64,000 nt of DNA, taken from NCBI GenBank assembly GCA_963422375.2, contig OY729428.2, forward strand, positions 32,001 to 96,000, in the 5' to 3' direction. Every line of letters starts with the position of its first letter. Within the stretch, counting starts at the first letter, position 1. Made by a program: the position numbers and the translations under genes. This stretch comes from Bryobacterales bacterium. GTDB lineage: Bacteria; Acidobacteriota; Terriglobia; Bryobacterales; UBA6623. Below are positions 20,370 through 29,993 of the stretch, piece after piece. Under the pieces are notes generated by a model. It ran no database searches and was not told where the DNA came from. It saw only the letters and a program-made list of their open reading frames with translations.

Positions 20370-21615
20370 ATGCGCGGGGCGACCCAGATCCGGCGCTTGG
20401 CCACTTGCCTGCTGCCGGTGGCCTTCGTCCCGGCACCAGCGGCGGCGGCGGCGGAATGCGCGGCATCGCCGGAAATCGAGTCCGCCCTGCTCGGCGAGCC
20501 GTCCCCTCCGCCTACAGCGCCAAAGGCGAGCTCTTCGCCCGGCAGGGGACCCGGGCTGCGCCGCCAAGGCATTCGAGGCGGCCCTCGTGCTGGACCCGAG
20601 GTCTTGGCAGCCGCGCTTCCGACTAGGGCTCCTGCACCTCCAGGACGGGCGATTGGCGGCCGCTCGGCCGCACCTCGAGGTGGCGCGAGACGAGCGTCCC
20701 GAATCTCTCGAGGTCCGACTCGCGCTCGGGTCCGTGCTGGCCGATCTCGGCCGCTGGGAGGCAGCCACCCGGGAGTTCGAGATGGCCGCTGCCATTGACC
20801 CGGACTCGACGGAGGCGCGCCGCCGCCTCGCCCGGGCGCTGATCGCGCAGGGCCGGCTGTCCGCGGCGGCCGCCCACCTGCGGAGGGCTCTGTCGATCAA
20901 GCCCGAGGACGCGGACTCCCTGCTGCTCCTCGGCCGAGCGCTCGCGGACGGCGGCGAGCCCGAACAGGCGATCGGCGTCCTCGAGCGGCTGGTCGCGGCG
21001 CGGCCGCGCCACTTCGCGGGCCGCTTCAATCTCGGAAGCGCCTGCGCCCAGGCCGGGCGCTTCGGCGAGGCGTCCGCGCACTTCGGCGAGGCCATGCAGC
21101 TCGACCCGACCAGCTCCGGCGCGCGGCTGGCGAAGGCCAAGGCCGCGACGAACCTGCGCAACTACCGCGAGGCCCTCGATCTGACCGAAGCATGGGCCGG
21201 GGAGGTTTCGGAGCCGCCGGACGCTTTCGAGGTCGCCTTCCTGCGCGGCACCGCGCTGCGCGGGCTGGGCCGCTTCGGGGCAGCCAAAGCGTCCTTGCGG
21301 CGGGCGGTCGGCATCGACCCCGGCAGCGCCGACGCCCTGCGTGCGCTCGGGACGATCCTAGCGCGGCGGGGCCAGCCCGCCGAGGCCCGGACTTACTTGC
21401 AGCGAGCCAAGGAGCGGAATCCCGAGTCCAAGGAAATCCGCTTCGAGCTCATCGCGGTCCTGCGGGATCTCGGAGACTCGGCAGCGCTGCAGGCCGAGAT
21501 GGAGGCGTTCGAGGACCGCAAGCGGCAGAACCTGCGCGAGGGCATGGCCCGGAGAGCCGCGGAGCGCGGCGGCGCCTACCTACCTACGGGAGGGTGACGC
21601 GGAGTCCGCGCTGAG
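20370..21615 (+). pseudogene. TPR-repeat protein, frameshifted and truncated by IS
   Basis: Signal-like start. TPR units span three frames (shifts near 20505 and 20548). (CCTA)3 slip at 21575-21586, after which REGDAESAL runs into the IS end at 21616. Confidence 0.75.
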
Positions 21616-23330
21616 CAGCGGTTCTAAATTTGGCCGTCCAGGGGGTGCGTGAACGTTGTTTCGGAGGATGAGGTGAATCAGTTGACCGAGAGGTTGCGCT
21701 CCCGAGGCCGCCCCGCGAGAGCGTCGGACGGCGGGCAGGGCCGTGGTGCGGCCCGCGTCGCGGGTCCGCCAAGTGCCGAGCCCGCGGCCGGACGCTGCCG
21801 GCACGAAACTGCGCGGAGTCCAGGCCCCGGCTGCCTGGCAGCCCGGAGGCGCGCGTCCGTCGCGTACCGCCGCCAGCAGCGTCGGCCAGTCCGGGAAGCG
21901 GAACCAGCGCAGCGCGACCTGCAGCTCCTGGAACAGCTCCTGGAACAGGGCGCGGCGCGTGACCAGCTGGCGCCGGCACTGCTGCCACAGCGCGCAGACG
22001 CACTGCACCGACACACTGCACCACGGCGTGGAGCGCGAAGGCGAACAGGTTCGGCACGGCCGGCACGTTGGCCAGCGCGTCCTTGCCGTGCCCGAAGTTG
22101 CGCTTGCAGTTGCGGCCGTGCCGCGCCAGGCAGTTGCAGCCCTCGTTCTCGATCTTCCAGCGCGCCCGGCCGGCCCGCGCGATCCGCTCCGCGTTGTCCG
22201 CGGTGACCGCGAGACCGGTGAAGAAGCTGCTGGCGCAGGTGCGCTTGCCGTCGCGCTCCACGGCGTACTCGAGCCAAGTGCCCCGCAGGGCCTCGCGGCC
22301 CTGGTGCAGGGGCGCCGCGGCCGTCCGGCGGAAACGGTGCCGCTCGGACCGCTTGCCCTTCCCGCGCCGCGGCAGCCAGCCGGTCGAGCGCACCGCGCCG
22401 CTCGCCCGCCGACTCTCCGGCACCTCGTGCAAGTGCTTGCGGGATCCGGGCTTGCATACCCGGATGCAGTCCATGCCGGCCGCCGCGGCGGCCTCGCAGA
22501 CCGGCTGGCAGCAGTGCAGGTCGTCGCCCGGCAGGACGGGGCGGCAGGCCTGCAGCCAGGCGCCGTGAGCGGCGAGCCAGCGCTTGGCGGCGTTGCGCTC
22601 GCAGTCCCGCTTGCGCTCGTCCTCGCTCATGTCGGCGCGGGTCGGCGCGGGTCGCGACCGCGTCCTGCTGCGGGCACGCGAACTCGGGCATCAGCGGCAG
22701 GACGGTGGCGTGGCCGTCGGCCACCGCGGTGGCCGACGGCCATGGTGCGGAAGTACTGCGGCCGGCGCTCGCTGCCGCCGCGCCGCACCGAGCACTGCGG
22801 GCCATGCGGGCAATGCACCGTGTCGGAGCGGTGGAACCGGACGCCGTCCGGAGCCGCCGGCAGGCGCCCGTCGAGGCGCTGGAAGGGCTCGAGCGCGCCC
22901 TGCGCGGCCACGGTTTCGAGGCACGGCCGGAACGGCGGGTCGCACGCGGCCGGGTCGCGGTCGTCGAGCAAGTTGCGGATCCGGTTGTCGCAGGGGATGC
23001 GGCCCACGCCGCACAGGGTCCGGCAGTTGGAGCGCGAGCCGTCCCGCTCCATGCGCCGCTGGAACGCGAGCAACGACTCGCACCGGGTGCAGAAGCAGGC
23101 CGGGGCGCAACCGGCGGCGTCGCTGACCTCGTAGCGCTTGTTGCGGCGACCCTCGCGCCGGTCGGGCCGGCCGGCGGCCGTCTCGCGGATGGCGCTCAGC
23201 AGCGAGTCCAGGACATAGGGCATACACCTTAGCTCACAAATTCCGCAAGCAAAAGTCAAGTGCCAGACTGCCTTCGACACCTTTCTCAGACACTCTGGAA
23301 ATCCCCAAATGCCCAAATTGAGAATCGCTG
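21616..23330 (-). mobile_element. ISNCY-type insertion sequence with frameshifted transposase
   Basis: Terminal IRs CAGCGGTTCTAAATTTGG (21616) and reverse complement CAGCGATTCTCAATTTGG (23313-23330), 16/18 identical. Transposase pieces: NKRYEVSDAA..FQRRME..IPCDNRIRNLLD, KRDCERNAAKRW, GDDLHC, GRARWKIENE, NFGHGK. No clean TSD. Confidence 0.85.
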
Positions 23331-23514
23331 GCGCCCGCCGCGCTGAGCGCGGCAGCCCGCTGCGGGCGCGCTCTTCACGCTCGGTGCGCTTCACGCCCGG
23401 TACGAGGGTCGCACCGGATCCGGAATGCCCCGGTGCGACCCCAGTCCGGCCCGGACCGTCCATGCAGGCCGTCGAGCGCCGGGGATCCGCTGTCTTCGGC
23501 CCTCAGATATATAA

Positions 23515-24646
23515 TTCCCTTTCCTTTCACGCATCAGCGCGTGTGTTCCTCGAAGATCGAGAACACTTTCTCCTCGTGCGGGATCTTCTCCCCCCGCAGC
23601 ACGCGCCGCTCCACTTGGTCCGCCAGGAGCTGCACGCACCCGAGGTAACTCCTTGCTGCTCCCAAGGTTCCCTGGTCTTCCCCGGCCCGCGCCAGGGCCG
23701 CCAGCGCACCCTCCGCCCGCCGCGCTATCTCCAGGGCCGCCTCCAGGTACGACCGCACCCTCTCCGGGTTGCCTTGCCTCCTCTTCGCCTGCCGCACCCG
23801 GTTGAATTCCTGCTTCAGCGTCTTCAGCAGCCGCGCGCTCTGCCGCCAGCCCGCGATACCGCGCCCCTTGCACAGCGGCGCAATAGAGCGAATCAGGCAG
23901 CGCAACGCGTCCCGCAGCAGACTCACCTCCGTCGGGTAATACACGTTCGTTCCCTCCACGAACGAGTCGCACCGCGCCTTCAGCGGATCGCCTTCCTCGT
24001 ACCCCGCCAGCGCGTGCCCCTATTGCACGACCAGCCGATTGATTTCAGCGAGGAGATCGGGCGTGAGAAGCTTCGGATTCCGGTTGACTGTCCGGTAGCT
24101 GAACACCTGCTCGTCGAGCGTCGCGTTCAGACCGAGGAAGCGCCGGACGTCCGCGTGCTTGTTCGCCAGCTCCGTCACGCGGTCGCAGTCGCAATTCAAT
24201 CCCTGCTTGAGCAGTCCCAAGACGAGAATGTTCCACAGCTGCATGCCGGGACGACCGACGGTAGGGTTGATCTTGCCGGACTCGCCTGCGGAGTGATCGC
24301 TTCTGTTCTCGCCGTTCCCGCTACTCTCACCGAGACCGAGGATACGGCTATCGAGCAGTCCTAAAACCTTGTTCCGCAACTCCTTGGTGCGATAGAGAGA
24401 CTGTATTCCTAGCAGGATGGCCGGGATATCATCGCGGGAACGGACGTCGAGATCGATTTCCTCGATTGCGGTCTGGCCAAGGGTGAGCTGGAACACCTGC
24501 ACGGTCCTCACGGGCGGTTCCTCATCGAAGATTGTCGCACAATCCCCCGGAAGCGCGCAAGCCGGCCTGGATCGGCCCGATCTTCGTCCCACAGACCTCC
24601 TGCAACCGACCGGAAAATAAGGGCTTGCGCGTTTTTTCACAAGCAC
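23515..24646 (-). mobile_element. Truncated IS with ISDol1/IS5-like DDE transposase remnant (left end retained)
   Basis: QLTLGQ..RSRDDIPAILLGIQSLY, GRPGMQLWNILVLG, TNVYYPTEVSLL, RRVLRGEKIPHEEKVFSIFEEHTR*. Internal stops. Terminal GTGCTTGTGAAAAAAC ends at 24646, followed by TAGGTA. Confidence 0.8.
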
Positions 24647-24660
24647 TAGGTAGGCTCAGC

Positions 24661-24822
24661 GTGACGTCCGAGATGATCGCGGTCCCGAGCGCCGTGGTCA
24701 CCTTGGCGACGCAGGCGCTGACCGGCTTGGGACTGATGCTGGCGGCCATGCGGGTCTTGCGCCATGACCGGAACAAGAGTATGGACCGGATGGAGGCTTG
24801 GTCGGAACAACCATGCTCGTGA
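24661..24822 (+). CDS. Possible small membrane-anchored protein or remnant
   Basis: Hydrophobic stretch (AVVTLATQALTGLGLMLAAM) then charged tail, similar in layout to 10590-11108. Short ORF. Confidence 0.25.
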   Translation: MTSEMIAVPSAVVTLATQALTGLGLMLAAMRVLRHDRNKSMDRMEAWSEQPCS

Positions 24823-25577
24823 AGCCTTGGATTCGAATCACCGTGCTGCAAACGGTATTCTTCCGCCTGCCGTCCCTCTTCGGTCAGGCGGGAATGACCG
24901 AGGACGCCAGCGGCGTCTATCGGCCCTTCACCCTGTTGCGGTAGCTCAAGCTAGCCACGGCATGGTTCGTCGATCCGTTGTTGGTGGACCGGAGGGCGAT
25001 ACTCAAGGTGTACTGGCTACACTAGGTGCTTGGTTGGAATCAAGTCCCGTATCGGGAATGGAGTCGAATCCGAGGGGGAGCGATCCAGCTATCGGTATCG
25101 GTACGTGACGGAGATGCCCTCGCACTGACCTGTTTGTGATCAGCCGTATGCGGTCTGAGGGCATGGTTCGATGAGCTAGCCGCGTCGGAGCGTCACAAAG
25201 CCTTTGCGTTCACTGACGACGAGCACCGTGGGACAAAGAATGGAATCCGCGTTGTGACGTGGGATCCGGGACAGGCTGTGGCTGTCGATCTCAATCAGAT
25301 CCTTGTGTTCAAGGGCATGGGATGATCCGAGAGCGGACTCGCCACCGTAGACCGCCCGCAGGCCTACCGGCAGGCCCTTGCAAGTTCCTACCGGGCGACC
25401 GAGCCCGCTGGAGAATCCAAGGAGGGCGCGGTAGCGTCGTTCACGGACCAAGTGGCTCCAGCCGCCGGGCACGAGGCGCAGCCAATTCCAGGCAGGCCAG
25501 CCACGCGGGCCTTCAAGCCTCCCCCAACCCAACCCTACTGCGAGAACTGCTGCCTGCGAGCGGAGTGAGCCCTTGAT

Positions 25578-26636
25578 TCAGCGCCTCCTCGGGTATCGCA
25601 GTACACCACGGGTTCCGCCGACTTGGGCACCCAGTACCCGGCCTCCGTCGGCTATGACGCCCTCCGCGCCACTCGTTACCCGGCGCAGATCCGGGCGGGG
25701 ATCGGGGATGAACGATTCCACCTCTCCAGTTAGGGCGTCGCCGACGTAGATGCCGCGCAGAAAACCGGGATTCCGGGGACTTCCCGCGGCTCCGGGATCG
25801 AAGCCGGAGTCCGAATCCGCGACGTAGATCCGATCATCCGAATCGATGTAGATCCCGCTCGGCGAGCCGAATTGCGTCCAAGTGGCCAGGTGCGCGCCGT
25901 CCTGCGTCAGAACCTGAATCCTCTGATTGGCCCTGTCGCCTACGAACAGGCGGCCTTGGGTGTCCATTGCGAGCGCGTGAATCCCCCGAAATTCCCCCGG
26001 CCCGGTGCCTTCCCTGCCCCACGCACCTACGAAGCGACCGTCCGGAGCGAAGCGGACGATGCGGTTGTTCCCGCCATGCCCGTGGTTGTGGCCGTCGGCC
26101 ACGAAGACGCCGCCCTCCGGTGACACCAGTACGTCGGACGGGCAGCGGAACAGGCGGTCGCTCTCGCCGGGCACCCCGGCCGTCCCAAGGCTCATCAGCA
26201 GCTCGCCCTCGGCGCTGAACTTGTGTACTTGGTGCCCTTTGCCACCCTCTCGTCCGGTCTCGCAGTCCGTGTGGACGGCGTCGGTCACCCACACGTTGCC
26301 ACCGAGGTCAACATGGATTCCATGCGGCCAGATGAACAGTCCCGCGCCGAAGCTGCGGACGAAGCGCCCATCGGCCTCGAACAGCAAGATGGGGTCGAGA
26401 TCGCTGTCCCTGCAGTGGCCTCCGGCGCAGCGCTCGGCCACCCAGACCCCTCCCGTGAGCCGACCGTCGCCGTCCCGATGAGGGTAGATGGCGCTCGTCG
26501 AGCCCCAGCTCCGTCCGACGGGAAGCGTCCCCCACGGCTCCCCGGGGCCGAAAGGGTTCGGCAGGTCCGACTGGGCCGCCGCCGGCTTCCCTGCGACGAG
26601 GGCCAGCAGCAGTCCCAGGGCGGCAAGCAATCCCAT
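25578..26636 (-). CDS. NHL-repeat beta-propeller, peptidyl-alpha-hydroxyglycine amidating lyase-like, secreted
   Basis: Signal peptide; WPHGIHVD..NVWVTD, PSDVLV..VFVADG, IHALAMD..LFVGDRANQRIQ. Confidence 0.85.
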   Translation of the reverse strand: MGLLAALGLLLALVAGKPAAAQSDLPNPFGPGEPWGTLPVGRSWGSTSAIYPHRDGDGRLTGGVWVAERCAGGHCRDSDLDPILLFEADGRFVRSFGAGLFIWPHGIHVDLGGNVWVTDAVHTDCETGREGGKGHQVHKFSAEGELLMSLGTAGVPGESDRLFRCPSDVLVSPEGGVFVADGHNHGHGGNNRIVRFAPDGRFVGAWGREGTGPGEFRGIHALAMDTQGRLFVGDRANQRIQVLTQDGAHLATWTQFGSPSGIYIDSDDRIYVADSDSGFDPGAAGSPRNPGFLRGIYVGDALTGEVESFIPDPRPDLRRVTSGAEGVIADGGRVLGAQVGGTRGVLRYPRRR

Positions 26637-27298
26637 GCGTCCATCCTCTCACGAGGCAGGTCGTAACTCTGCGCGACCAGTTGATCGAGCTGGCTCGCCG
26701 CGGCCGGTCGGGGCCGTGGTCCGGCTCGATTCAAGCGAACGAACAAGCCCCAATCTCATTCTATGCTGGCCTTGAATGTCCGAAAGGCAAGGACCAGATG
26801 CTGAGGAGTTGGTCGCAATATATGAATCCCGATCTCGTCAGATCAAGAGTAATGAAGCCTTACCGTCATCGTGCTTCCGGGGCTTGGATTCACGCAACTG
26901 AATCTATCGATTCACAAGCCTCTGGATCTCCGGAAATCGCTTGCTGTTAGGAGGTTTATTGAACGCAGTTGATCTTTTTCGGTCATGTCGATCCGTTGCT
27001 CACCACGCCATGGCTGACGCTGCACCTCGGTTCGCAATGGACCAAGTCGCGAGATCGAGATCGCGTGCCTCGAGAGCGACGCTCCGGCTCGCATGCTGCG
27101 CGAGCCGGATCCAGGCCGTCGCGCCGGTTCGCTGGGGCCGCGACTCCGTCATCTCGAGGGTCGCTCGAAGGGCAAGCGGCCGGGCGGCCTCACTCGGTTG
27201 AACGAGGCATGGCAAGAGCCCGACCCGCCCGCTCGAAGTCCGGGCCTTGCACGCGGTCCTGCGGCCCGGAGTAGGATGGAAGCACGGAGAGCGCTTCC

Positions 27299-27760
27299 TT
27301 GGAAACGGGGCCACGCGGATCGAGCGCCTTGGCGTCCTCGGATGCACCGGCCTTCCGTGTGTCCGAGTACGCCGAGACGATCCTCCTAGGCAGGAGCGAC
27401 ACCGAAAGGTATCGCATGCTCGTTTGCGACCTGCCGCGACGCTTCCACGCCGCGTCGCCCGATGTCCGGGCCCGCTGCCTGGCCGATCCACCTCCTCTGA
27501 CTTCGACCCGCTGGGACGCTCTGCTCGCAGCGGTTGCCGAGCACGTGGCGATCCTGCACGGCTGCTCGATTCCCAGCTGGTGCGACGAACCCGAACGGCA
27601 CCTGCGCATCCCGTGGGCCCCTCTCTCCGAGCTCTCGGGCGGCGCCCCGTCGTCGGCATGGATCGACGCGCCGGGTGCGTTCGTGCGACATGGAGTCCTC
27701 ATCGATCCTGCGAGTCTCGACGCTCGCGGCGGCGAGCGCGAGTACGGTTGCCTGATCTAG
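27299..27760 (+). CDS. Hypothetical protein, probable antitoxin partner of the downstream nucleotidyltransferase
   Basis: PPLTSTRWDALLAAVAEH..PSWC..P.AFVRHGV motif recalled upstream of DUF6036-type NTases. Ends 24 bp before the next gene. True start uncertain. Confidence 0.55.
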   Translation: METGPRGSSALASSDAPAFRVSEYAETILLGRSDTERYRMLVCDLPRRFHAASPDVRARCLADPPPLTSTRWDALLAAVAEHVAILHGCSIPSWCDEPERHLRIPWAPLSELSGGAPSSAWIDAPGAFVRHGVLIDPASLDARGGEREYGCLI

Positions 27761-27784
27761 GCAGCGGACGACGAGGGACGCGCA

Positions 27785-28357
27785 ATGCTGGCCTTGTCCG
27801 GCCCCGAGATTCGCGAAGCGCTTGAAGAGCTTTCGATCGAGCTGAGTCGGGCGAACGTCAAGGCTCGTCTCTATCTGGCAGGAGGCGCCGCGATCGCCTT
27901 GGCGTTCCGCGCCAGCCGCCGGACCTACGACTTGGACGCGCTGATCCTCGAGGGGCACGGCCCGCTGATCGAGGCCGTTAGGCGCGTCGCCGGGCGCAGG
28001 GGCTGGCCCCAGTCGTGGCTGAACGAGCAAGCGGTAGCGTCGATGCCGAAGTCCCCCGACCTCAGAGCCAGAACGCTCTTCGGCACCTCCAGCCTGGTGG
28101 TGACCGGGGCGTCAGCCGAGCACCTGCTGGCGATGAAGGTGCGCGCCGGCAGGGTGCAGGACCTCGAGGACATCGCCGTCCTGTGCGAGATCCTCGGAAT
28201 CGAGTCGGAGCGCTCTGTCTTGGAAGTTCATGACCGAGTGTTTCCGGACAGCCGCGTCCCGCCGCGAGCCATGCACGCGGTCAGGCGGTTTCTGGCGAAG
28301 CGCTGGCCCAGCGACGGGGCGAACTCGACCGATTCGGAACCGGACTCCGCCGGATAG
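27785..28357 (+). CDS. DUF6036/AbiEii/MenT-like nucleotidyltransferase (putative toxin)
   Basis: LYLAGGAAIAL..RRTYDLDA (GG..RxTxDxD), WLNE, LLAMKVRAGRVQDLEDI. Confidence 0.8.
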   Translation: MLALSGPEIREALEELSIELSRANVKARLYLAGGAAIALAFRASRRTYDLDALILEGHGPLIEAVRRVAGRRGWPQSWLNEQAVASMPKSPDLRARTLFGTSSLVVTGASAEHLLAMKVRAGRVQDLEDIAVLCEILGIESERSVLEVHDRVFPDSRVPPRAMHAVRRFLAKRWPSDGANSTDSEPDSAG

Positions 28358-28454
28358 GCACCCTTCCCCGCTCGCACCCGGCACGGCGCCTGCGGCGCTG
28401 CAGACTCGGCAGCGCGGTCCGGTGGTCTCGGCTCGCTTGCATACACTGAGAACC

Positions 28455-29966
28455 GTGCATCTCCGAACGGTCCCCGTCGTCGCCCTGCTCGCGCTGTCCT
28501 GTGCGCGGCTCGGCGCACAGGACGACAACCAGCTGGTCGCGGACGTTCGCATGTTCGCGGTTCTCGCCGCGATCAACGTCGGAGGCTACGACGAAGGCTT
28601 GAATGCCGAGGCGGCCAGCCCGGTGCGGGTGGCGCTGCGCGAGGATCTCGATTCCATCGACTCCGGCATGAGGTCGCGACTCCGGACGTTCTACGAGCAA
28701 CACAGGCTTGACGATCCCGAGCTCGACCTGTCGCAGTACATTTCCTTTTCCCTGATGTGCGGAGAGCCGCCGTACTTCGATCTGCGGGCCGAGGTGCCGA
28801 CGGACCTGCCGCTCGACATCCGGCCGATACGCGGGCTCTCGGGCCTGCTGCGGGAGTTCTACGAGGTAGCAGACATCGAGGCTCTCTGGAACAAGTACTT
28901 GCCGGCCTACGAGCGGGAGATGCTGCGGTACCAAGACGCCTTGATCGAAGCGGTATACGAGATCAACGGCTACCTGCGCATGCCCTCCTCCAGCCGCGAG
29001 ACCCGGGGCTTCCGGGTCTACTTCGACCTGCTAGCCGCCCCCGGCAACATCAACATGCGTTCGTACGGCGGCGACGTCAAGGTCGTGATTCATTCGTCGT
29101 CGGAACTGCGAGCCGAGGAGATCCGGGCAGCCTACCTCCTGCACCAGCTCGACAGGCTCTCCATTCGGTACGCCGAATCGGTAGCCCGGAAGGAGAGCCT
29201 TGCGCGCTTCGCCATCTATGCCCCGGCCTTGGACGATGCCTACAAGACCAACTTCCAGCTGCTGCTCACCAAGTCGCTCGCCCACGCCGCGCAGGCTCGC
29301 ATGCGCTACGAGAGCGAGAAGCGCAAGCAGGAGCGCATCGCGGAGCACCTGCGGCAGGGGTTCCTCCTCGCACCGTACTTCTACGAAGCGCTCGCGGGGT
29401 ACGAGTCGCAGCCCCAGTCGCTTCGCCGGTACTACGAAACGATGGTCGGCGGCATCAACCTGCGCCGCGAAGCGGCCCGCATCCAGGAGGTGAAGTTCGC
29501 GGAACGAACGACAGCGCGGCCAACAGCGGCCCCGCGCCGCGTGGCGCGGCCGCAAGTGTCGGAAGCGGAGAGGCTGCTCTCGCAGGCCGAGGGCCTCTTG
29601 CAGCTGAACGAACTCGATCGCGCCAGGCAGGTCTACGAGCAGGTACTGGCAGGAGAGGGCCCCGGCCGCGGCCAGGCCAGTTACGGCCTCGGGCGGGTCG
29701 CGCTCGACGAGGCCGATCCAGACCTAGCGCTCGAGCATTTCGCCAACGCAGCCGAGCAGGCCGAGGACGCGCGAATCCGAGCCATGTCCCACGTTTACAT
29801 GGGCCGGATTCAAGACATACTCGGCTACCGGGAACTCGCTATCGAGCACTATCGGAGCGCGCTCGACTCTGGCGACACTTCACCGATCGTTCGGAATTTT
29901 GCGCAACAGGGACTCGAGCGGCCGTTTACCGGCATGGAAGAAGAGGACAGCGCCGAGGAGCTCTAG
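28455..29966 (+). CDS. Exported protein with C-terminal TPR repeats
   Basis: Signal-like N-terminus, long helical domain, three TPR-like units (ASYGLGRVAL.., SHVYMGRIQD..). Probable GTG start at 28455. Confidence 0.75.
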   Translation: MHLRTVPVVALLALSCARLGAQDDNQLVADVRMFAVLAAINVGGYDEGLNAEAASPVRVALREDLDSIDSGMRSRLRTFYEQHRLDDPELDLSQYISFSLMCGEPPYFDLRAEVPTDLPLDIRPIRGLSGLLREFYEVADIEALWNKYLPAYEREMLRYQDALIEAVYEINGYLRMPSSSRETRGFRVYFDLLAAPGNINMRSYGGDVKVVIHSSSELRAEEIRAAYLLHQLDRLSIRYAESVARKESLARFAIYAPALDDAYKTNFQLLLTKSLAHAAQARMRYESEKRKQERIAEHLRQGFLLAPYFYEALAGYESQPQSLRRYYETMVGGINLRREAARIQEVKFAERTTARPTAAPRRVARPQVSEAERLLSQAEGLLQLNELDRARQVYEQVLAGEGPGRGQASYGLGRVALDEADPDLALEHFANAAEQAEDARIRAMSHVYMGRIQDILGYRELAIEHYRSALDSGDTSPIVRNFAQQGLERPFTGMEEEDSAEEL

Positions 29967-29993
29967 GATGCGTCTGGAAGCCGTCTCTTGGCG

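Noticed and set aside
18142..21615. Programmed ribosomal frameshifting in the broken genes
   Set aside because: Multiple indels of both signs without slippery heptamers, plus IS truncation, fit decay better.
24830..25570. Short low-GC ORFs (also 26640-27290, 31560-32100, 55880-56440)
   Set aside because: No recognisable motifs; probably decayed foreign DNA that I cannot assign by eye.
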